From an uncultured delta proteobacterium (GTDB lineage Bacteria; Myxococcota; Kuafuiibacteriia; Kuafuiibacteriales; Kuafuiibacteriaceae): 64,000 nucleotides of DNA. Location: the NCBI GenBank assembly GCA_963803435.1, contig CAWDML010000009.1:576001-640000 (forward strand), given 5' to 3'. Made by a program: the position numbers and the translations under genes. The notes under the pieces were generated by a model. That model ran no database searches. It was not told the origin of the DNA and was given only the letters and a program-made list of their open reading frames with translations. Of the stretch, positions 1 through 11,073 are shown in pieces. Positions within the stretch are counted from its first letter, which is position 1; each line of letters starts with the position of its first letter.

Positions 1-66
1 CCTTATCGAGACTTGGGCCGTGGGTTCGTTCGATTCCTTGGAGAATAGGAAGCCGAGCTGCCGCAT
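1..66 (-). CDS. 5' end of a probable gene running off the window (MRQLGFLFSKESNEPTAQVSIR...)
   Basis: ATG at 66 on the minus strand preceded by GAGGAG; frame open to the window edge. Confidence 0.4.
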   Translation of the reverse strand, partial: MRQLGFLFSKESNEPTAQVSIR

Positions 67-138
67 CCCGCTCCTCTTCGTTTTACCCCGCCGATCGGCG
101 GGCGCCAAGGTCGGGGCGATCCGTGCTACACCGGAGGC

Positions 139-693
139 ATGTCGCCGGAGGCGAAGCGTGCGCTCCTGTTGGTCGCGAGGCAAAGCGTCGCAGCCGCCGC
201 CCGCGGGTCGCACGGGCTCGATGCCGGTGATCTCCCGTCCGACGGATCGCTCGCCGCACACGGCGCAGCCTTCGTGACGCTGCACGAGAGAGACGGCGCG
301 GTCCGGGGCTGTGTCGGCACCACCGCGGCGGTCCGGCCGCTGGTGGAGGTGGTCTCTGACATGGCGCGCGCGGCTGCGCTCCGAGATCCACGCTTCGCGC
401 CGGTCGTGCCCGACGAGGTCGCCAACCTCGAGATCGAGATCTCGGTGATCGGCTCGCCGGAGCCGATCTCCGATCTCGAAGACGTCGTGATCGGGAGGCA
501 CGGCCTGTTGATCCAGGGCCGAGGATGCCGCGGTCTTTTGCTCCCTCAGGTCGCCTCCGAGCGCCGCTGGCCCGCGAACACCTTCGCCGAGCAGACGTGC
601 AGCAAGGCGGGCCTCGACACCGAGGCCTATCTCGACTCGGACGTCGATGTATTCCGCTTCGAGGCCGAGGTCTTCAACGAGCGGGACGCTTGA
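139..693 (+). CDS. amrA: AMMECR1-domain protein (AmmeMemoRadiSam system protein A)
   Basis: GAAFVTL..RGCVG, RDPRF, EIEISV, GRHGLLI, GLLLPQVA, CSKAG motifs; GGAGG RBS. Confidence 0.9.
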   Translation: MSPEAKRALLLVARQSVAAAARGSHGLDAGDLPSDGSLAAHGAAFVTLHERDGAVRGCVGTTAAVRPLVEVVSDMARAAALRDPRFAPVVPDEVANLEIEISVIGSPEPISDLEDVVIGRHGLLIQGRGCRGLLLPQVASERRWPANTFAEQTCSKAGLDTEAYLDSDVDVFRFEAEVFNERDA

Positions 694-1945
694 CGTTCTG
701 CCGCTGGGTGAGCCCGTCGACCGGTCGCATCAGGGCGGCCTTGAGCGCCGGGAAGAGCGTCGCGATCGTCGCCAGGAGCATCGCCCCTGCCACCACGATG
801 ACGAGCTCGATCGGACGCACCACGATCGGCAGGTTGTCGAGGTAGTAGACCCGCGGATCGAGCTTGAGCCCGTACTGCTGGAGCACGGCGCAGAGCGTCA
901 GCCCGACGGCCACCCCCAGCCCGCACCCGATGAGGCCCACGATCTGGCCGTCGAGGATGAAGATGGTCAGGATCGACCGGTTGGTGGCGCCGAGCGACTT
1001 GAGGATCGCGATCTCGCGTCCTTTCTCCAGGATCAGGAGGATCAACGTCGCCATGATGTTGAACGCGGCGACCACCACGATGATGAAGAGGACGATGCTG
1101 ATCAGCAGCTTCTGCGAGCGCACCGCGCCGAATAGGCCCTGGTTGGTGCGCGACCAGTCCTTGACGTCGTAGGCGCGCGGATCCTTGGGATCGAGCCGCT
1201 CGGTGGCGGCCATCGTCACGTCGTATGAGGTGAGCGGATTCTTGGTCCAGATCTCGAGCCCGGTGACCGTCTTGTAGAGCCGGAAGAAGTCCTGGGCCTC
1301 GCGCAGATCGATGAACACCATCCGCGAGTCGAACTCGTACATGCCGGACTCGAAGACCGCCGCGATCCGGAAGTCGACGGTCTGGGCGTCGCCGTCGCTG
1401 CCGCCGTAGGGCGAGATGATGGTGATCGCGTCGCCGACGCCGACGTGCAGCGACTCCTGGAGCTCCTTGCCGATCAGGATGCTCGGGACCCGCGGTCGCT
1501 TCGAAGCCACCGTGGACGAGTCGGCCATCAGCTTCTCGAACCCGATCTTCGGGAGGTAGCGCGCGAGCGGGGAGGTGGCGCTGACCTTCGGGTCGATCCC
1601 CTTGATCGCCACACCCTGGACGCCGCTCGGGCTCTGCGCGATCACCTCGCTGTAGACGAAGGGCGCGGCGTGCTCGATGTCGGGATCCTGGAGCAGCTTC
1701 TTCGCGACCTCGCGATGGTTGCGGAAGACGTCGTGGCGCTTGAGCACGATCGCGTGCGCATTGATCCCGAGGAGCTTCTCCAGGAACTCGGCCTCGAACC
1801 CGTTCCAGACCGAGGTCACCACCGTCAGCGCGGCCACCCCGACCATCACGCCCGTCACGGTGAGGAACGTGGGCAGGGAGACGCCGGCCTTCCGCCCCGC
1901 GCGCATGTATCGGAGCGCGATCGCGATCTCGAATGGGAGCTGCAC
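674..1945 (-). CDS. Lipoprotein-releasing ABC transporter permease, LolC/E family
   Basis: IALRYMR, GVMVGVAAL, SVWNGF, GMYEFD, AAFNI..TL, REIAILKSLGA, VYYLDNLP. Confidence 0.9.
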   Translation of the reverse strand: MQLPFEIAIALRYMRAGRKAGVSLPTFLTVTGVMVGVAALTVVTSVWNGFEAEFLEKLLGINAHAIVLKRHDVFRNHREVAKKLLQDPDIEHAAPFVYSEVIAQSPSGVQGVAIKGIDPKVSATSPLARYLPKIGFEKLMADSSTVASKRPRVPSILIGKELQESLHVGVGDAITIISPYGGSDGDAQTVDFRIAAVFESGMYEFDSRMVFIDLREAQDFFRLYKTVTGLEIWTKNPLTSYDVTMAATERLDPKDPRAYDVKDWSRTNQGLFGAVRSQKLLISIVLFIIVVVAAFNIMATLILLILEKGREIAILKSLGATNRSILTIFILDGQIVGLIGCGLGVAVGLTLCAVLQQYGLKLDPRVYYLDNLPIVVRPIELVIVVAGAMLLATIATLFPALKAALMRPVDGLTQRQNVKRPAR

Positions 1946-2023
1946 CCGGACCGAGTAAAACGACGATCACGCGATTTGTCGACCTTGCCTTGCGTGCGCC
2001 GATCGAGGTTTGACGGTTGAAGC

Positions 2024-3061
2024 TTGGAGACGCTCGCCGCCTACGCCGCCGCCATCCTTGCATTGGGCATCCTGATCATGCTGCACGAGGCCGGCCACTT
2101 CCTGGTGGCGCGGTGGAGCGGCATGAGCGTGAGCCGCTTCTCGATCGGCTTCGGCCCGGCGCTGGCCAAGCTGGAGTCGAAGGGGACCGTCTACCAGATC
2201 GGCGCCATCCCGCTGGGCGGCTTTGTCCAGATCGATGGGATGAGCCCGCAGGACGGGACCGACGCCTCCTCGCCGGCGAGCTACCGCAACCGGCCGTACC
2301 ACCAGCGATTCGCCACCATCCTCGCGGGTCCGATCGCAAACTACGCCATCGGGTTCGTGCTCCTGTTCGTCTTTTTCGCCGCCTTCAACTACGAGCCGCT
2401 CCCCCCGGTCCGCGTCAGCAAGGTCGCCGACGGGTCGCCTGCCGCGCGCGCTGGGCTGGAGGTCGGCGACCTGATCGTCGGTACCTCGAGTGCCGCGTTC
2501 GCGGCCGTGGACGATCTCGTGGGCGCGATCCAGTCGAGCGGCGGCGCCCCGATCACCTTCGAGGTCGAGCGGGGCGGCGCGCGCCGGGAGGTCGTCCTGG
2601 TGCCCAGCTCGGCGGACGGGGCGCGCTGGCTGATCGGGATCAACTACGACGCCGCCCGGAAGGTTCTCCGCCCGCTGTCGGTCCGCGAGAGCGCCGTCCG
2701 CGCGGGCGGCGAGCTCTGGCCGGTCTCGAAGGGTCTCTTCATGGCGTTCGTGTCGCTCCTCAAGCGGGACGGCAGCGTCGAGGTCAGCGGTCCGCCCGGC
2801 ATGGTCCGGGATCTGTCGGGCCGGCTGAGCCGCAGCTTCGGCGACGCCCTCGCCGAGATCGCGCGCATCTCCATCATGCTCGGCTTCTTCAACCTGCTCC
2901 CCATCCCGGGGCTCGACGGCTCGCGGCTCATGTTTCTGCTCCTCGGGATGGTCCGGCGGCGCGACGTGAACCCGAAGGTGGAGGCCGCGGTCCACGCCGC
3001 CGGAATCCTGTTGCTCCTCGGGCTGATGGTCGTCGTCTCCATCGGCGATCTTTTGGAGTAA
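2024..3061 (+). CDS. rseP: Site-2 intramembrane zinc metalloprotease (M50) with PDZ domain
   Basis: HEAGH, FSIGFG, IPLGGFV, AGPIAN, PDZ-like SPAARAGL..GD, NLLPIPGLDG. Confidence 0.92.
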   Translation: METLAAYAAAILALGILIMLHEAGHFLVARWSGMSVSRFSIGFGPALAKLESKGTVYQIGAIPLGGFVQIDGMSPQDGTDASSPASYRNRPYHQRFATILAGPIANYAIGFVLLFVFFAAFNYEPLPPVRVSKVADGSPAARAGLEVGDLIVGTSSAAFAAVDDLVGAIQSSGGAPITFEVERGGARREVVLVPSSADGARWLIGINYDAARKVLRPLSVRESAVRAGGELWPVSKGLFMAFVSLLKRDGSVEVSGPPGMVRDLSGRLSRSFGDALAEIARISIMLGFFNLLPIPGLDGSRLMFLLLGMVRRRDVNPKVEAAVHAAGILLLLGLMVVVSIGDLLE

Positions 3062-3064
3062 CGC

Positions 3065-3112
3065 TTGACAAGGGCTGTGGTTCACGCGATTCACCCGCTT
3101 CCTTTGGAGGAG
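3065..3112 (+). promoter_or_regulatory. Probable sigma70 -35 box (TTGACA) and RBS of the rpsP operon
   Basis: Perfect TTGACA at 3065-3070; GGAGGAG before ATG 3121; -10 box not clear. Confidence 0.45.
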
Positions 3113-3120
3113 TGCGCTTA

Positions 3121-3468
3121 ATGCTTACCCTGAGGCTCGCGCGGGCGGGCACCAAGAAACGGCCGGTTTATCACCTCATTGCGGCGGACAGCCGCGCGCG
3201 TCGCGACGGTCGCTTCATCGAGAACCTCGGCTACTACATCCCGGGCCGAAACGTCCTCGTCCTCAAGCAGGACCGGGTGGAGTACTGGATGGGCGTCGGG
3301 GCCGTGGTCAGCGAGACCGCCCTTCACCTGATCCAGAAGAGCAAGCGGCACGGCAACGTTCAGCCGGCCCCCAAGCCCAAGTATCAGGCCCCGCCGAAGG
3401 CGGAAGGGGCCGAAGCGGCCAGCCCACCGCCCAAGGCGCCCGAGAACGCGGTCGAAAAAAGCGAATAG
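3121..3468 (+). CDS. rpsP: 30S ribosomal protein S16 with Pro/Ala/Lys-rich tail
   Basis: MLTLRLARAGTKKRPVYHLIAADSRARRDGRFIENLGYY; it is the 3' part of track ORF 2017..3468. Confidence 0.97.
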   Translation: MLTLRLARAGTKKRPVYHLIAADSRARRDGRFIENLGYYIPGRNVLVLKQDRVEYWMGVGAVVSETALHLIQKSKRHGNVQPAPKPKYQAPPKAEGAEAASPPPKAPENAVEKSE

Positions 3469-3480
3469 CAGGCGCTCTCG

Positions 3481-3711
3481 ATGAAGGACTTGATCGAATA
3501 CATCGCGAAGGCGCTCGTCGACGCACCGGATGCCGTCGAGGTGACCGAGTTCGGCGACGACGAAGCGTCCATCATCAAGCTCAAGGTCTCGAAAGAGGAT
3601 CTGGGGAAGGTGATCGGCAAGAAGGGCCGGACTGCGAAGGCCATGCGGACGATCCTCTCCGCCGCCGCCATGAAGGTTCAGAAGCGCTCCACCCTCGAGA
3701 TCATCGAGTAG
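3481..3711 (+). CDS. khpA: KH-domain RNA-binding protein
   Basis: DLGKVIGKKGRTAKAMRTIL; canonical position between rpsP and rimM. Confidence 0.95.
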   Translation: MKDLIEYIAKALVDAPDAVEVTEFGDDEASIIKLKVSKEDLGKVIGKKGRTAKAMRTILSAAAMKVQKRSTLEIIE

Positions 3712-4227
3712 GTGGCCTACGACTACTGCATCGGTCGCATCCTCCGCGCACATGGGTTGCACGGAGCGGTGACCGTGCAGCTGTTCCGCCCGCGGGACCT
3801 GACCGGCCACCGACCCGAGAAGCATCGAGAGAAGCTCGCCCTCGGCGAGGTCGAGCACACGATCCGCTCCGTCGAGCCCGTCGGCCCCGACCGCGCCCGG
3901 GTGCGCTTCGAGGGCGTCGAGGACCGGGATGCGGCCGACCGGCTCGAGGGCGTCTACGTGTACGTCGATCCGGCGGTACCTCCCCGCGCGCTCACCGATG
4001 ATCTCGACCGTCTCTTCGGCGCGGACGTCGTCGATCGGAGCGGGGCGCCCATCGGGGAGATCGTCGACATCCGCGACAACGGCGCCCAGCCGCTCCTGGT
4101 GGTGGGCGAGGAGGAGATCCTGATCCCGGCCCCGTTCCTCGTGGAGGTCCGAGCCGGGGCGAGGACGACCGCGGTGGTCGATCCGCCCGAGGGCCTGCTC
4201 GAACTCGCGCGGGCCGATCGGGACTGA
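3712..4227 (+). CDS. rimM: 16S rRNA processing protein RimM
   Basis: IGRILRAHGLHG, GVEDRDAA, C-terminal DPPEGLL; synteny. Confidence 0.9.
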   Translation: MAYDYCIGRILRAHGLHGAVTVQLFRPRDLTGHRPEKHREKLALGEVEHTIRSVEPVGPDRARVRFEGVEDRDAADRLEGVYVYVDPAVPPRALTDDLDRLFGADVVDRSGAPIGEIVDIRDNGAQPLLVVGEEEILIPAPFLVEVRAGARTTAVVDPPEGLLELARADRD

Positions 4228-4228
4228 C

Positions 4229-5440
4229 ATGCGCATCGATCTGATCACGCTCTTCCCCGAGCTCTTCCAGGGTCCGCTCGCGGCGGGCTTGGTCGGCAAG
4301 GCGATCGGGTCGGGCCTGGTCGAGATCGGCTACGTCGATCCGCGCGCGTACACCCACGACGCGCACCGGACCGTCGACGACGCACCGTACGGCGGCGGCG
4401 GCGGCATGGTGATGAAGCCCGAGCCGCTCGCCGCCGCGATCCGCGAGGCCAAGGGCCGCGGCCCCGGTCCGGTCCTGCTGATGTCGCCGCAGGGCCGCCG
4501 GCTGGCGCAGCGCGACCTGGTGCGCTGGGCCGGCCTCGAGCACCTCATCCTGGTCTCGGGACGGTACGAGGGCTTCGACGAGCGCGTGCGCGGCCTCTGC
4601 GACGAGGAGATCTCGCTCGGCGATTTCGTGCTGACCGGCGGCGAGTACGCGGCGCTCGCCATCGCCGACGGCGTCATCCGGCTCCGGCCGGGCACGCTCG
4701 GGAACGAGACCTCGCCGCTGACCGACAGCTTCTTTGCGGGCCTCCTCGAGCATCCCCACTACACGCGCCCGCCGACCTTCGAGGGCACTCCCGTGCCCGA
4801 GGTGCTGCGCTCCGGCGATCACGCGAAGGTCGAAGAGTGGCGACATCGCGAGTCGCTGCGGCGCACGCTGCTGCGCCGTCCTGATCTGCTGGTCGAGCGG
4901 GGCACGACGGAGGAGGAGCGGTGCCTCCTGTCCGGCTTCGGGCGGCCGGTGCCCGACGTGGTGCTGGTGGTCGGCTTCGCGGCGCCGCCAGCGGCGCAGG
5001 CCCTCGAGGATCTGGCCAGGCTGGCGGCGGCGTTCCGCATCGAGGCGCACCTGGTCGGCCCGGTCGATGACGCCCTCGGCAGCGCGCGCACGTTCGAGGT
5101 GCCACTGCCGCTGCCGAACGCCGAGCGCCGGAGGCTCGCGCGGAAGCGGCAGCCGGCCCCGACGTTCGTCGTCGATCCGCGCCGTCTCTGCCGCCCGCTC
5201 GCGGATCCGTCGGCCCTCACGGGTCTCCGGGTCGCGGTGACCACGAAGGGAGAGGCGCCGGTGGTGGGGCCGTCGGCGCTGAGGGCTCGCAGCGAGCGGA
5301 TCGCGCTGCTCCTCGGCCCGACCGGCCTCGCGCCCGCGCTGCGCCTCCCGCCGCTGCGGGCGGCCGCCGAGGTCCAGGATCTCCCCATGTTGGCGGCGGC
5401 GGCGATGACGCTGGATCGCCTGCTGGGCGAGGGCGGCTGA
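4229..5440 (+). CDS. trmD: tRNA (guanine37-N1)-methyltransferase with ~160-aa C-terminal extension
   Basis: VDDAPYGGGGGMV, SPQG, GRYEGFDER, SLGDFVLTGGE, LLEHPHYTRP, VPEVLRSGDH. Confidence 0.96.
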   Translation: MRIDLITLFPELFQGPLAAGLVGKAIGSGLVEIGYVDPRAYTHDAHRTVDDAPYGGGGGMVMKPEPLAAAIREAKGRGPGPVLLMSPQGRRLAQRDLVRWAGLEHLILVSGRYEGFDERVRGLCDEEISLGDFVLTGGEYAALAIADGVIRLRPGTLGNETSPLTDSFFAGLLEHPHYTRPPTFEGTPVPEVLRSGDHAKVEEWRHRESLRRTLLRRPDLLVERGTTEEERCLLSGFGRPVPDVVLVVGFAAPPAAQALEDLARLAAAFRIEAHLVGPVDDALGSARTFEVPLPLPNAERRRLARKRQPAPTFVVDPRRLCRPLADPSALTGLRVAVTTKGEAPVVGPSALRARSERIALLLGPTGLAPALRLPPLRAAAEVQDLPMLAAAAMTLDRLLGEGG

Positions 5441-5498
5441 CGTTTTTCCTTGACCGCGGGGCCGCCCGCGACGAGAACCACGCCTCCGGAGCGCACCC

Positions 5499-5870
5499 AT
5501 GAACGGCGTGATCGACCGAATCGAATCGGCCTACCTGAAAAAGGACCTGCCCCACATCCAGATCGGGGACACCGTCCGTGTCCACACGAAGATCAAGGAG
5601 GGCGAGAAAGAGCGCATCCAGATCTTCGAGGGCATCGTGATCCGGTGGAAGAAGGGCGGCATCTCCTCGTCCATCACCGTTCGCAAGGTCTCGCACGGTG
5701 TCGGCGTGGAGCGTATTTTTCCGCTCCACACGCCCACCGTCGACAAGATCGAGGTCAAGTCGCACGGCCAGGTGCGGCGCGCGCGGCTGTACTATCTCCG
5801 CAATCTCTCCGGCAAGGCAGCGCGCATCAAGGAGCGCTCCAGCACCGGCCCCAAGCGCGACAAGGCGTAA
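5499..5870 (+). CDS. rplS: 50S ribosomal protein L19
   Basis: [38 protein letters not shown]. Confidence 0.98.
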   Translation: MNGVIDRIESAYLKKDLPHIQIGDTVRVHTKIKEGEKERIQIFEGIVIRWKKGGISSSITVRKVSHGVGVERIFPLHTPTVDKIEVKSHGQVRRARLYYLRNLSGKAARIKERSSTGPKRDKA

Positions 5871-5898
5871 GTCCCGGGCCCGCTTGCCTCCTCCGAGC

Positions 5899-5941
5899 TG
5901 CGTCGAGGTACGAGACGCACCGACGTCACGATGTGACGTCG
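5899..5941. promoter_or_regulatory. Two adjacent inverted repeats after rplS (terminator-like or operator)
   Basis: TGCGTC-N9-GACGCA, then perfect CGACGTCAC-gat-GTGACGTCG (5921-5941); no U-tract. Confidence 0.3.
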
Positions 5942-5977
5942 ACTCTGTCCCAATGGTAAGAGCTGAGACGGAACGAC

Positions 5978-8356
5978 ATGTTCGTCGTCGAGCTCGCACT
6001 GCAGGGGATGAGAGGCTTCCCACCCCTGGTGCGGATGGAGCTGAAGCCGGGCCTCAACGTCTGGCGCTGCCCCGACTCCGCCCTCCGGTCGTCGTTGATC
6101 GACGCGACCTACCACGCGTTCTTTCCTGATCCCTCCCGCGGGAGCGCGACCGCCCATCTGGTCGGCGGCGACCCGTCGCGCATCGCGGTGACGTTCTTCG
6201 GCCGCGACAAGATCACGTATCGCATCCTCCGAGACGCCGCGAACGGCGCCACCAAGCTCTACAAGTTCGAGAACGACAAGTACCAGATGTTCACCAACGT
6301 CGCGCAGGAGGCGGCGCAGTACCTCAGGGTCCAGCAGCGGATCCCGGACGAGGTCGGCTACGAGCGGCTGTTCGTGTTCAGCCCGCAGACGATGCCGTCG
6401 CGCGGCGCCAAGGCGCGGAGCCGGAGCGGGGCGCTGATCGTCGCGCCCACCCAGGAATGGGCGCCCTCGGGGCCGGGGATGCCGCAGGAGGGACCCATGT
6501 TCGGCGCCCCCCCGCGGATGATGAGCAACGCCGGGCCGCCGTCGTCGCTCCCGCGCAGCGTGTCGGGCTTCGGCTCGTCGATGAACATGACGAACGCGCT
6601 GGTGCTGTCGGAGATCGAGGCGTCGAGCCAGCGGGGCGCCGAGCCGGCCCCGGAGGCCCCACCGATCGACCTGGAGGAGAAGAAGGCGCAGCTCATCGAG
6701 CTCCGCAACGAGTTCCAGGCGGCGCAGCGGGCCGAGCAGGCGCAGGCCGAGCTGGATCAGCTGAACCTGCGGCGCTTCGAGCTGACCGAGAAGGCCGAGC
6801 GGGTGAAGAAGATCGAAGGCGAGCACCGGCGGCTCACCGAGCTCTACGAGAAGTCGTCGGACCTTCGCGCCCTTCCGCTCGGCTTCGCCACCCGCATCGA
6901 GCGCTTCGAGGAGCTGGAGAAGAAGCACGTGGCGGAGCGTACCCGCGCGTACGAAGAGGTCTCCGCCCTCGACCAGGAGGTGCGGGCCTTCTCGGTGGTC
7001 GCGCTCAACCGGGATCCGTACTTCGTCGGCGGGATCCTGGCGGCGGTCGTGGTCGTCGCGCTGGCGATCCTCCTGCCGATGCCCGCGCTCGCCTGGCTCA
7101 ACGTGCTGGCGATGGTCATCGCCGCCGGCGGTGCGTTCCGGTACGTGGGCGACCTCGAGCAGAAGCACAAGCTGGGGATGCGCCATCGCAGCGCCGGCGA
7201 TCGGCTGGAACGCATCGAGCGCCAGCACGGCGACGACACGCGGGCCGCGCGCGATCTGATGCAGAAGCTCGAGATCAGCAGCCCGACGGAGCTGCTCGAA
7301 CGCGTGCGCGGCTACGAGAAGCTCCAGGGACAGATCCGGGTCGCCGAGGAGGCGCTCCGCCAGCTGATGGGCGATCCGGAGATCGCGGCCGCGAAGACCG
7401 AGCTCGATCAGCTCAACCTTCGCGTCGAGGTCCTGGAGAGCGAGATCCTGGGCGCCACCTCCGTCGTCTCCGCCGACACCCTGTCGAAGCGGATCCGGGC
7501 CCTCGAGCTGGAGCTGGGGCCGAACGCGCCTTCACCCGAGATCGTTCGGCCGCCGCCCCAGCGGCGCACCTCCTCGAGCTTCTTTCCCCCGCCGGATGTC
7601 CTCCCGCGGGCCGACAGCACGCTCTCGGCGGATATCCCGGTGGTGCCGCCCTTCACCGAGTCCGGACAGACCGCGCCCGCCCCGGTCTCCTCCACCCGGG
7701 TCTCGGTGCGCCCGGCCCAGGTCCAACGGGTCACGGACGACGAGGATGGCTACGGGTCGGGATACGGCGGCAAGAAGGGACCGAGCCGAGGCGGCGGCGC
7801 CGGCTTCTCCTCCTCGAGCCCCGGGTGGTTCGCGATCGGCTACGGCGGCCCGCCCGGCGCGCGGGGCGGCAGCGGCCTGGGCGGGTACGGAGGCTACGGC
7901 GAGGACTCGGGCGGCGCGATGGCGGCCGATCGATCGCGCGATCTGTTTCATGTCGCGATCGATCTGCTGTCGATCGAGGTCGACGATCTGGCGCAGCGGA
8001 TCGGCGTGCGGCTCGGGCAGTACCTGACCGCCTTCACCGACAAGACGTATCGGGAGGCCCGCTTCGGCGCGCGGGGCGAGCTGACCGTGATCGACCCCGA
8101 GGGCGAAGAGGTCCGGTACGGCGAGCTCACCGACGAGACGCTCGACATGGTCGACTCGGCCCTCCGCTTCACGCTGATCGAAGCCTGCCTCACTCAGGTC
8201 CGGATCCCGGTCTTGTTCGACGATCCCTTCAAGAGCTTCCCGCCGAAGAAGCGGAAGCTCCTCGGCCAGATGCTCGGCTACCTCGCGAACACCACCCAGG
8301 TGGTGGTCCTGACCGAGCAGGACGACATCGGGGGCCACGAGCTCAGGATCGGATGA
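5978..8356 (+). CDS. SMC/YhaN-like coiled-coil protein with split, degenerate ABC-ATPase head and two central TM helices
   Basis: N-term [17 protein letters not shown]; C-term [14 protein letters not shown]; coiled coils; Gly/Pro-rich linkers. Confidence 0.7.
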   Translation: MFVVELALQGMRGFPPLVRMELKPGLNVWRCPDSALRSSLIDATYHAFFPDPSRGSATAHLVGGDPSRIAVTFFGRDKITYRILRDAANGATKLYKFENDKYQMFTNVAQEAAQYLRVQQRIPDEVGYERLFVFSPQTMPSRGAKARSRSGALIVAPTQEWAPSGPGMPQEGPMFGAPPRMMSNAGPPSSLPRSVSGFGSSMNMTNALVLSEIEASSQRGAEPAPEAPPIDLEEKKAQLIELRNEFQAAQRAEQAQAELDQLNLRRFELTEKAERVKKIEGEHRRLTELYEKSSDLRALPLGFATRIERFEELEKKHVAERTRAYEEVSALDQEVRAFSVVALNRDPYFVGGILAAVVVVALAILLPMPALAWLNVLAMVIAAGGAFRYVGDLEQKHKLGMRHRSAGDRLERIERQHGDDTRAARDLMQKLEISSPTELLERVRGYEKLQGQIRVAEEALRQLMGDPEIAAAKTELDQLNLRVEVLESEILGATSVVSADTLSKRIRALELELGPNAPSPEIVRPPPQRRTSSSFFPPPDVLPRADSTLSADIPVVPPFTESGQTAPAPVSSTRVSVRPAQVQRVTDDEDGYGSGYGGKKGPSRGGGAGFSSSSPGWFAIGYGGPPGARGGSGLGGYGGYGEDSGGAMAADRSRDLFHVAIDLLSIEVDDLAQRIGVRLGQYLTAFTDKTYREARFGARGELTVIDPEGEEVRYGELTDETLDMVDSALRFTLIEACLTQVRIPVLFDDPFKSFPPKKRKLLGQMLGYLANTTQVVVLTEQDDIGGHELRIG

Positions 8357-9740
8357 CCGCGAGGCCGGGGCGCTCGCTGATCGCCTCATGCCCGGACGAG
8401 TACTCGCCGGTGAAGCACGCGTTGCAGAAGGCCCGCTCGGGCAGTCGGTCGCCGACCGAGCGGTGCAGGCCGTCGGCGCTCAGATAGGCGAGGCTGTCCG
8501 CGGTCAGATACTCGCGGATCTCTGGGACCGTGTGGCTCGATGCGATCAGCTCCTCGCGGGTGGGCGTGTCGATCCCGTAGAAGCAGGGGTGCGTCGTCGG
8601 CGGCGAGGAGATCCGGAAGTGGACCTCCACGGCGCCGGCGTCGCGGAGCATCTTCACGATCTTTCGCGAAGTAGTGCCGCGGACGATCGAGTCGTCCACC
8701 ACCACCACGCGCTTCCCCGCCAACACCGAGCGCACCGCGGACAGCTTGAGCTTCACGCCGAAGTGCCGGATCTCCTGCTCGGGCTCGATGAAGGTGCGCC
8801 CCACGTAGTGGCTGCGGAGCAGGCCATGCCGGAAGGGCAGGCCGGAGGCCTCCGAGAAGCCGAGGGCTGCGGGCACGCCGGAGTCGGGCACCGGGATCAC
8901 CAGGTCCGCCTCGGCCGGCGCCTCCCGCGCCAGGTGCTTGCCCATCTCGTAGCGCGCCTCGTAGACGCTGCGCCCGAAGATCGTGCTGTTAGGACGCGCG
9001 AAGTAGACCAGCTCGAACACGCAGGCGCGACGCGGGCTGTTGGGCGCGTGGACCAGGCGCTCGCTCTTGAGGCCGTCGCCGTCGATACAGACGATCTCGC
9101 CGGGCTCCACCTCGCGGACCAGCTCGGCCTCGATCAGGTCGAGCGCGCAGCTCTCGGAGGCCAGCACCCAGCCCTGCCCGTGGCGCCCCAGGACCAGCGG
9201 CCGGAACCCCTCCGGATCGCGGAGGCCGATCATGCCCTCGGGCGTCATCACCAGCAGTGTGTAGGCGCCCTCCACCTGCGCCAGCGCCTCGCGGATCCGA
9301 TCCACGAACCGCTTGGCGCGGGAGCGGGCGATCAAGTGCATCAGCACCTCGGTGTCGCTGTGCGAGGAGAAGATCGCGCCGTCGCGCTCGAGGTCGGTCC
9401 GCAGCTCGTCGGCGTTCACCAGGTTGCCGTTGTGGGCCAGCGAGAGCGACCCCTTGATGGTCTCGATGGTGAACGGCTGGACCGCCTGGGCGCTCGGGCC
9501 CCCGGAGGTCGAGTACCGGACGTGGCCGATGGCGGCGGGGCCGTCGAGCTGCTCGAGCCGGTCCTCGGTGAAGATGTCGGCGACCAGACCCATGCCTTGG
9601 TGGCGGGCGAAGCGGTGCCCCTCCCGGGTGACGGACACGATCCCCGCGGACTCCTGGCCGCGGTGCTGCAGCGCGTGGAGGCCCAGATACGTCAGCTTTG
9701 CGGCCTCCGGATGGTTCCAGACGCCGAACACCCCGCACAT
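8343..9740 (-). CDS. purF: Amidophosphoribosyltransferase
   Basis: MCGVFG start, [41 protein letters not shown]. Confidence 0.97.
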   Translation of the reverse strand: MCGVFGVWNHPEAAKLTYLGLHALQHRGQESAGIVSVTREGHRFARHQGMGLVADIFTEDRLEQLDGPAAIGHVRYSTSGGPSAQAVQPFTIETIKGSLSLAHNGNLVNADELRTDLERDGAIFSSHSDTEVLMHLIARSRAKRFVDRIREALAQVEGAYTLLVMTPEGMIGLRDPEGFRPLVLGRHGQGWVLASESCALDLIEAELVREVEPGEIVCIDGDGLKSERLVHAPNSPRRACVFELVYFARPNSTIFGRSVYEARYEMGKHLAREAPAEADLVIPVPDSGVPAALGFSEASGLPFRHGLLRSHYVGRTFIEPEQEIRHFGVKLKLSAVRSVLAGKRVVVVDDSIVRGTTSRKIVKMLRDAGAVEVHFRISSPPTTHPCFYGIDTPTREELIASSHTVPEIREYLTADSLAYLSADGLHRSVGDRLPERAFCNACFTGEYSSGHEAISERPGLAVIRS

Positions 9741-9811
9741 CTTGGGAGGGATGACGCGCGGCCGCGCCGCCTCGGTCAACGGAAATCCGAGCCGCGTGAT
9801 AAATAGGGCGC

Positions 9812-11059
9812 ATGCCCCCGACCTACGGCGGTGCCGCGGCACGGGACCCTTCGCGCGAGGACCCGGATCTCACCGAGCGCTTCTCGGATCGGGCGCGTGC
9901 GCTCTTCTATGCGAGGCTTGCGTTCCTCGGAATCGGGCTGGCGGTGCTGGCGGTGCCCTCGTGGTCGAGCTATCTGGGCACCACCAGCTCGACCGCGTTC
10001 ATCATCTACTTCGCGGTCATCGGCTACTCGGTCGCGAACTTCCTGCTGATCGATCACCCGCGCTTCGGCCGGCCGCTGACGTTCGTGACGCTGGTCTTCG
10101 ACCTGACGGCGCTCGCGTCGATGATCATGCCGAGCGGCGGTCTCAAGTCGCCTCTGATGGCGGCGCATGTGCTGTTCACCATCTTCCTGGTGCTGCTCTT
10201 CCCGCGGATCTGGTCGGTGGTGCCCGCGCTGTTGATGCTGCCGATCGTGGCGCGCCTGGATCTGATCTTCCAGGAGGGCGCCATCGTGGCCCAGGGGCTG
10301 TTCCTGGTGGTCTGGTACACCACGCTCGCGATGATCGCGGCGTACGTGCTCCTCTATCTGAGCGCGCGCGACGAGAAGCGGAGCCGCCAGCTCAAGATGC
10401 TGTCGAAGGCGCACGAGGCTGCGATCATCACCGAGGAGCGACTGCGGCTGTCGCGCGAGATCCACGACGGCCTGGGCGGAAACCTCTCCACGCTGATCAT
10501 CCAGACCGAGTTCATCCAGCGCAAGGCGAAGGATCCGGAGCTCAAGCTCGAGATCACCGAGCTCAAGTCGCAGGCCGAGGAGGCGATCGAGGAGCTCCGG
10601 CGCTCGCTGACGATGATGCGGCGCGACTTCGACCTCCACAAGGCGCTCGAGGACTACGGCATGCGCTTCCAGGAGCGTTCCCGGGTCTGGTGCGCGGTCA
10701 AGGTCCGGGGACGGATCCGCCGGCTCCCCTCCGAGATGCAGCTGGCCGTCTTCCGGATCCTCCAGGAGTGCCTGACCAACATCCAGAAGCACGCCAACGC
10801 GAAGAACGCCGAGGTCCGCCTCAAGTACGACGGCGACATGGTCTCGCTGATCGTGCGCGACGACGGCCAGGGCTTCGACGCCTCCACGCTGCGGCGCGGC
10901 CATTACGGCCTCACCAACATCACCGAGCGTGCGAAGAAGTTCCGGGGCACCATCGACGTGCAATCCGCGCCCGGAGACGGCACGACCATCCATGTGACGC
11001 TGGTGATCCCGGCCGAGGGCTCCCACGTCGCCTTCTTGCCGGACATGGCGGAGGCCTGA
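9812..11059 (+). CDS. Membrane sensor histidine kinase, HisKA_3 (NarX/DesK-like), orphan
   Basis: Several TM helices; [15 protein letters not shown]; [11 protein letters not shown]; DDGQGF; GLTNITERA. Confidence 0.92.
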   Translation: MPPTYGGAAARDPSREDPDLTERFSDRARALFYARLAFLGIGLAVLAVPSWSSYLGTTSSTAFIIYFAVIGYSVANFLLIDHPRFGRPLTFVTLVFDLTALASMIMPSGGLKSPLMAAHVLFTIFLVLLFPRIWSVVPALLMLPIVARLDLIFQEGAIVAQGLFLVVWYTTLAMIAAYVLLYLSARDEKRSRQLKMLSKAHEAAIITEERLRLSREIHDGLGGNLSTLIIQTEFIQRKAKDPELKLEITELKSQAEEAIEELRRSLTMMRRDFDLHKALEDYGMRFQERSRVWCAVKVRGRIRRLPSEMQLAVFRILQECLTNIQKHANAKNAEVRLKYDGDMVSLIVRDDGQGFDASTLRRGHYGLTNITERAKKFRGTIDVQSAPGDGTTIHVTLVIPAEGSHVAFLPDMAEA

Positions 11060-11073
11060 TTCAATCGAGGCGC

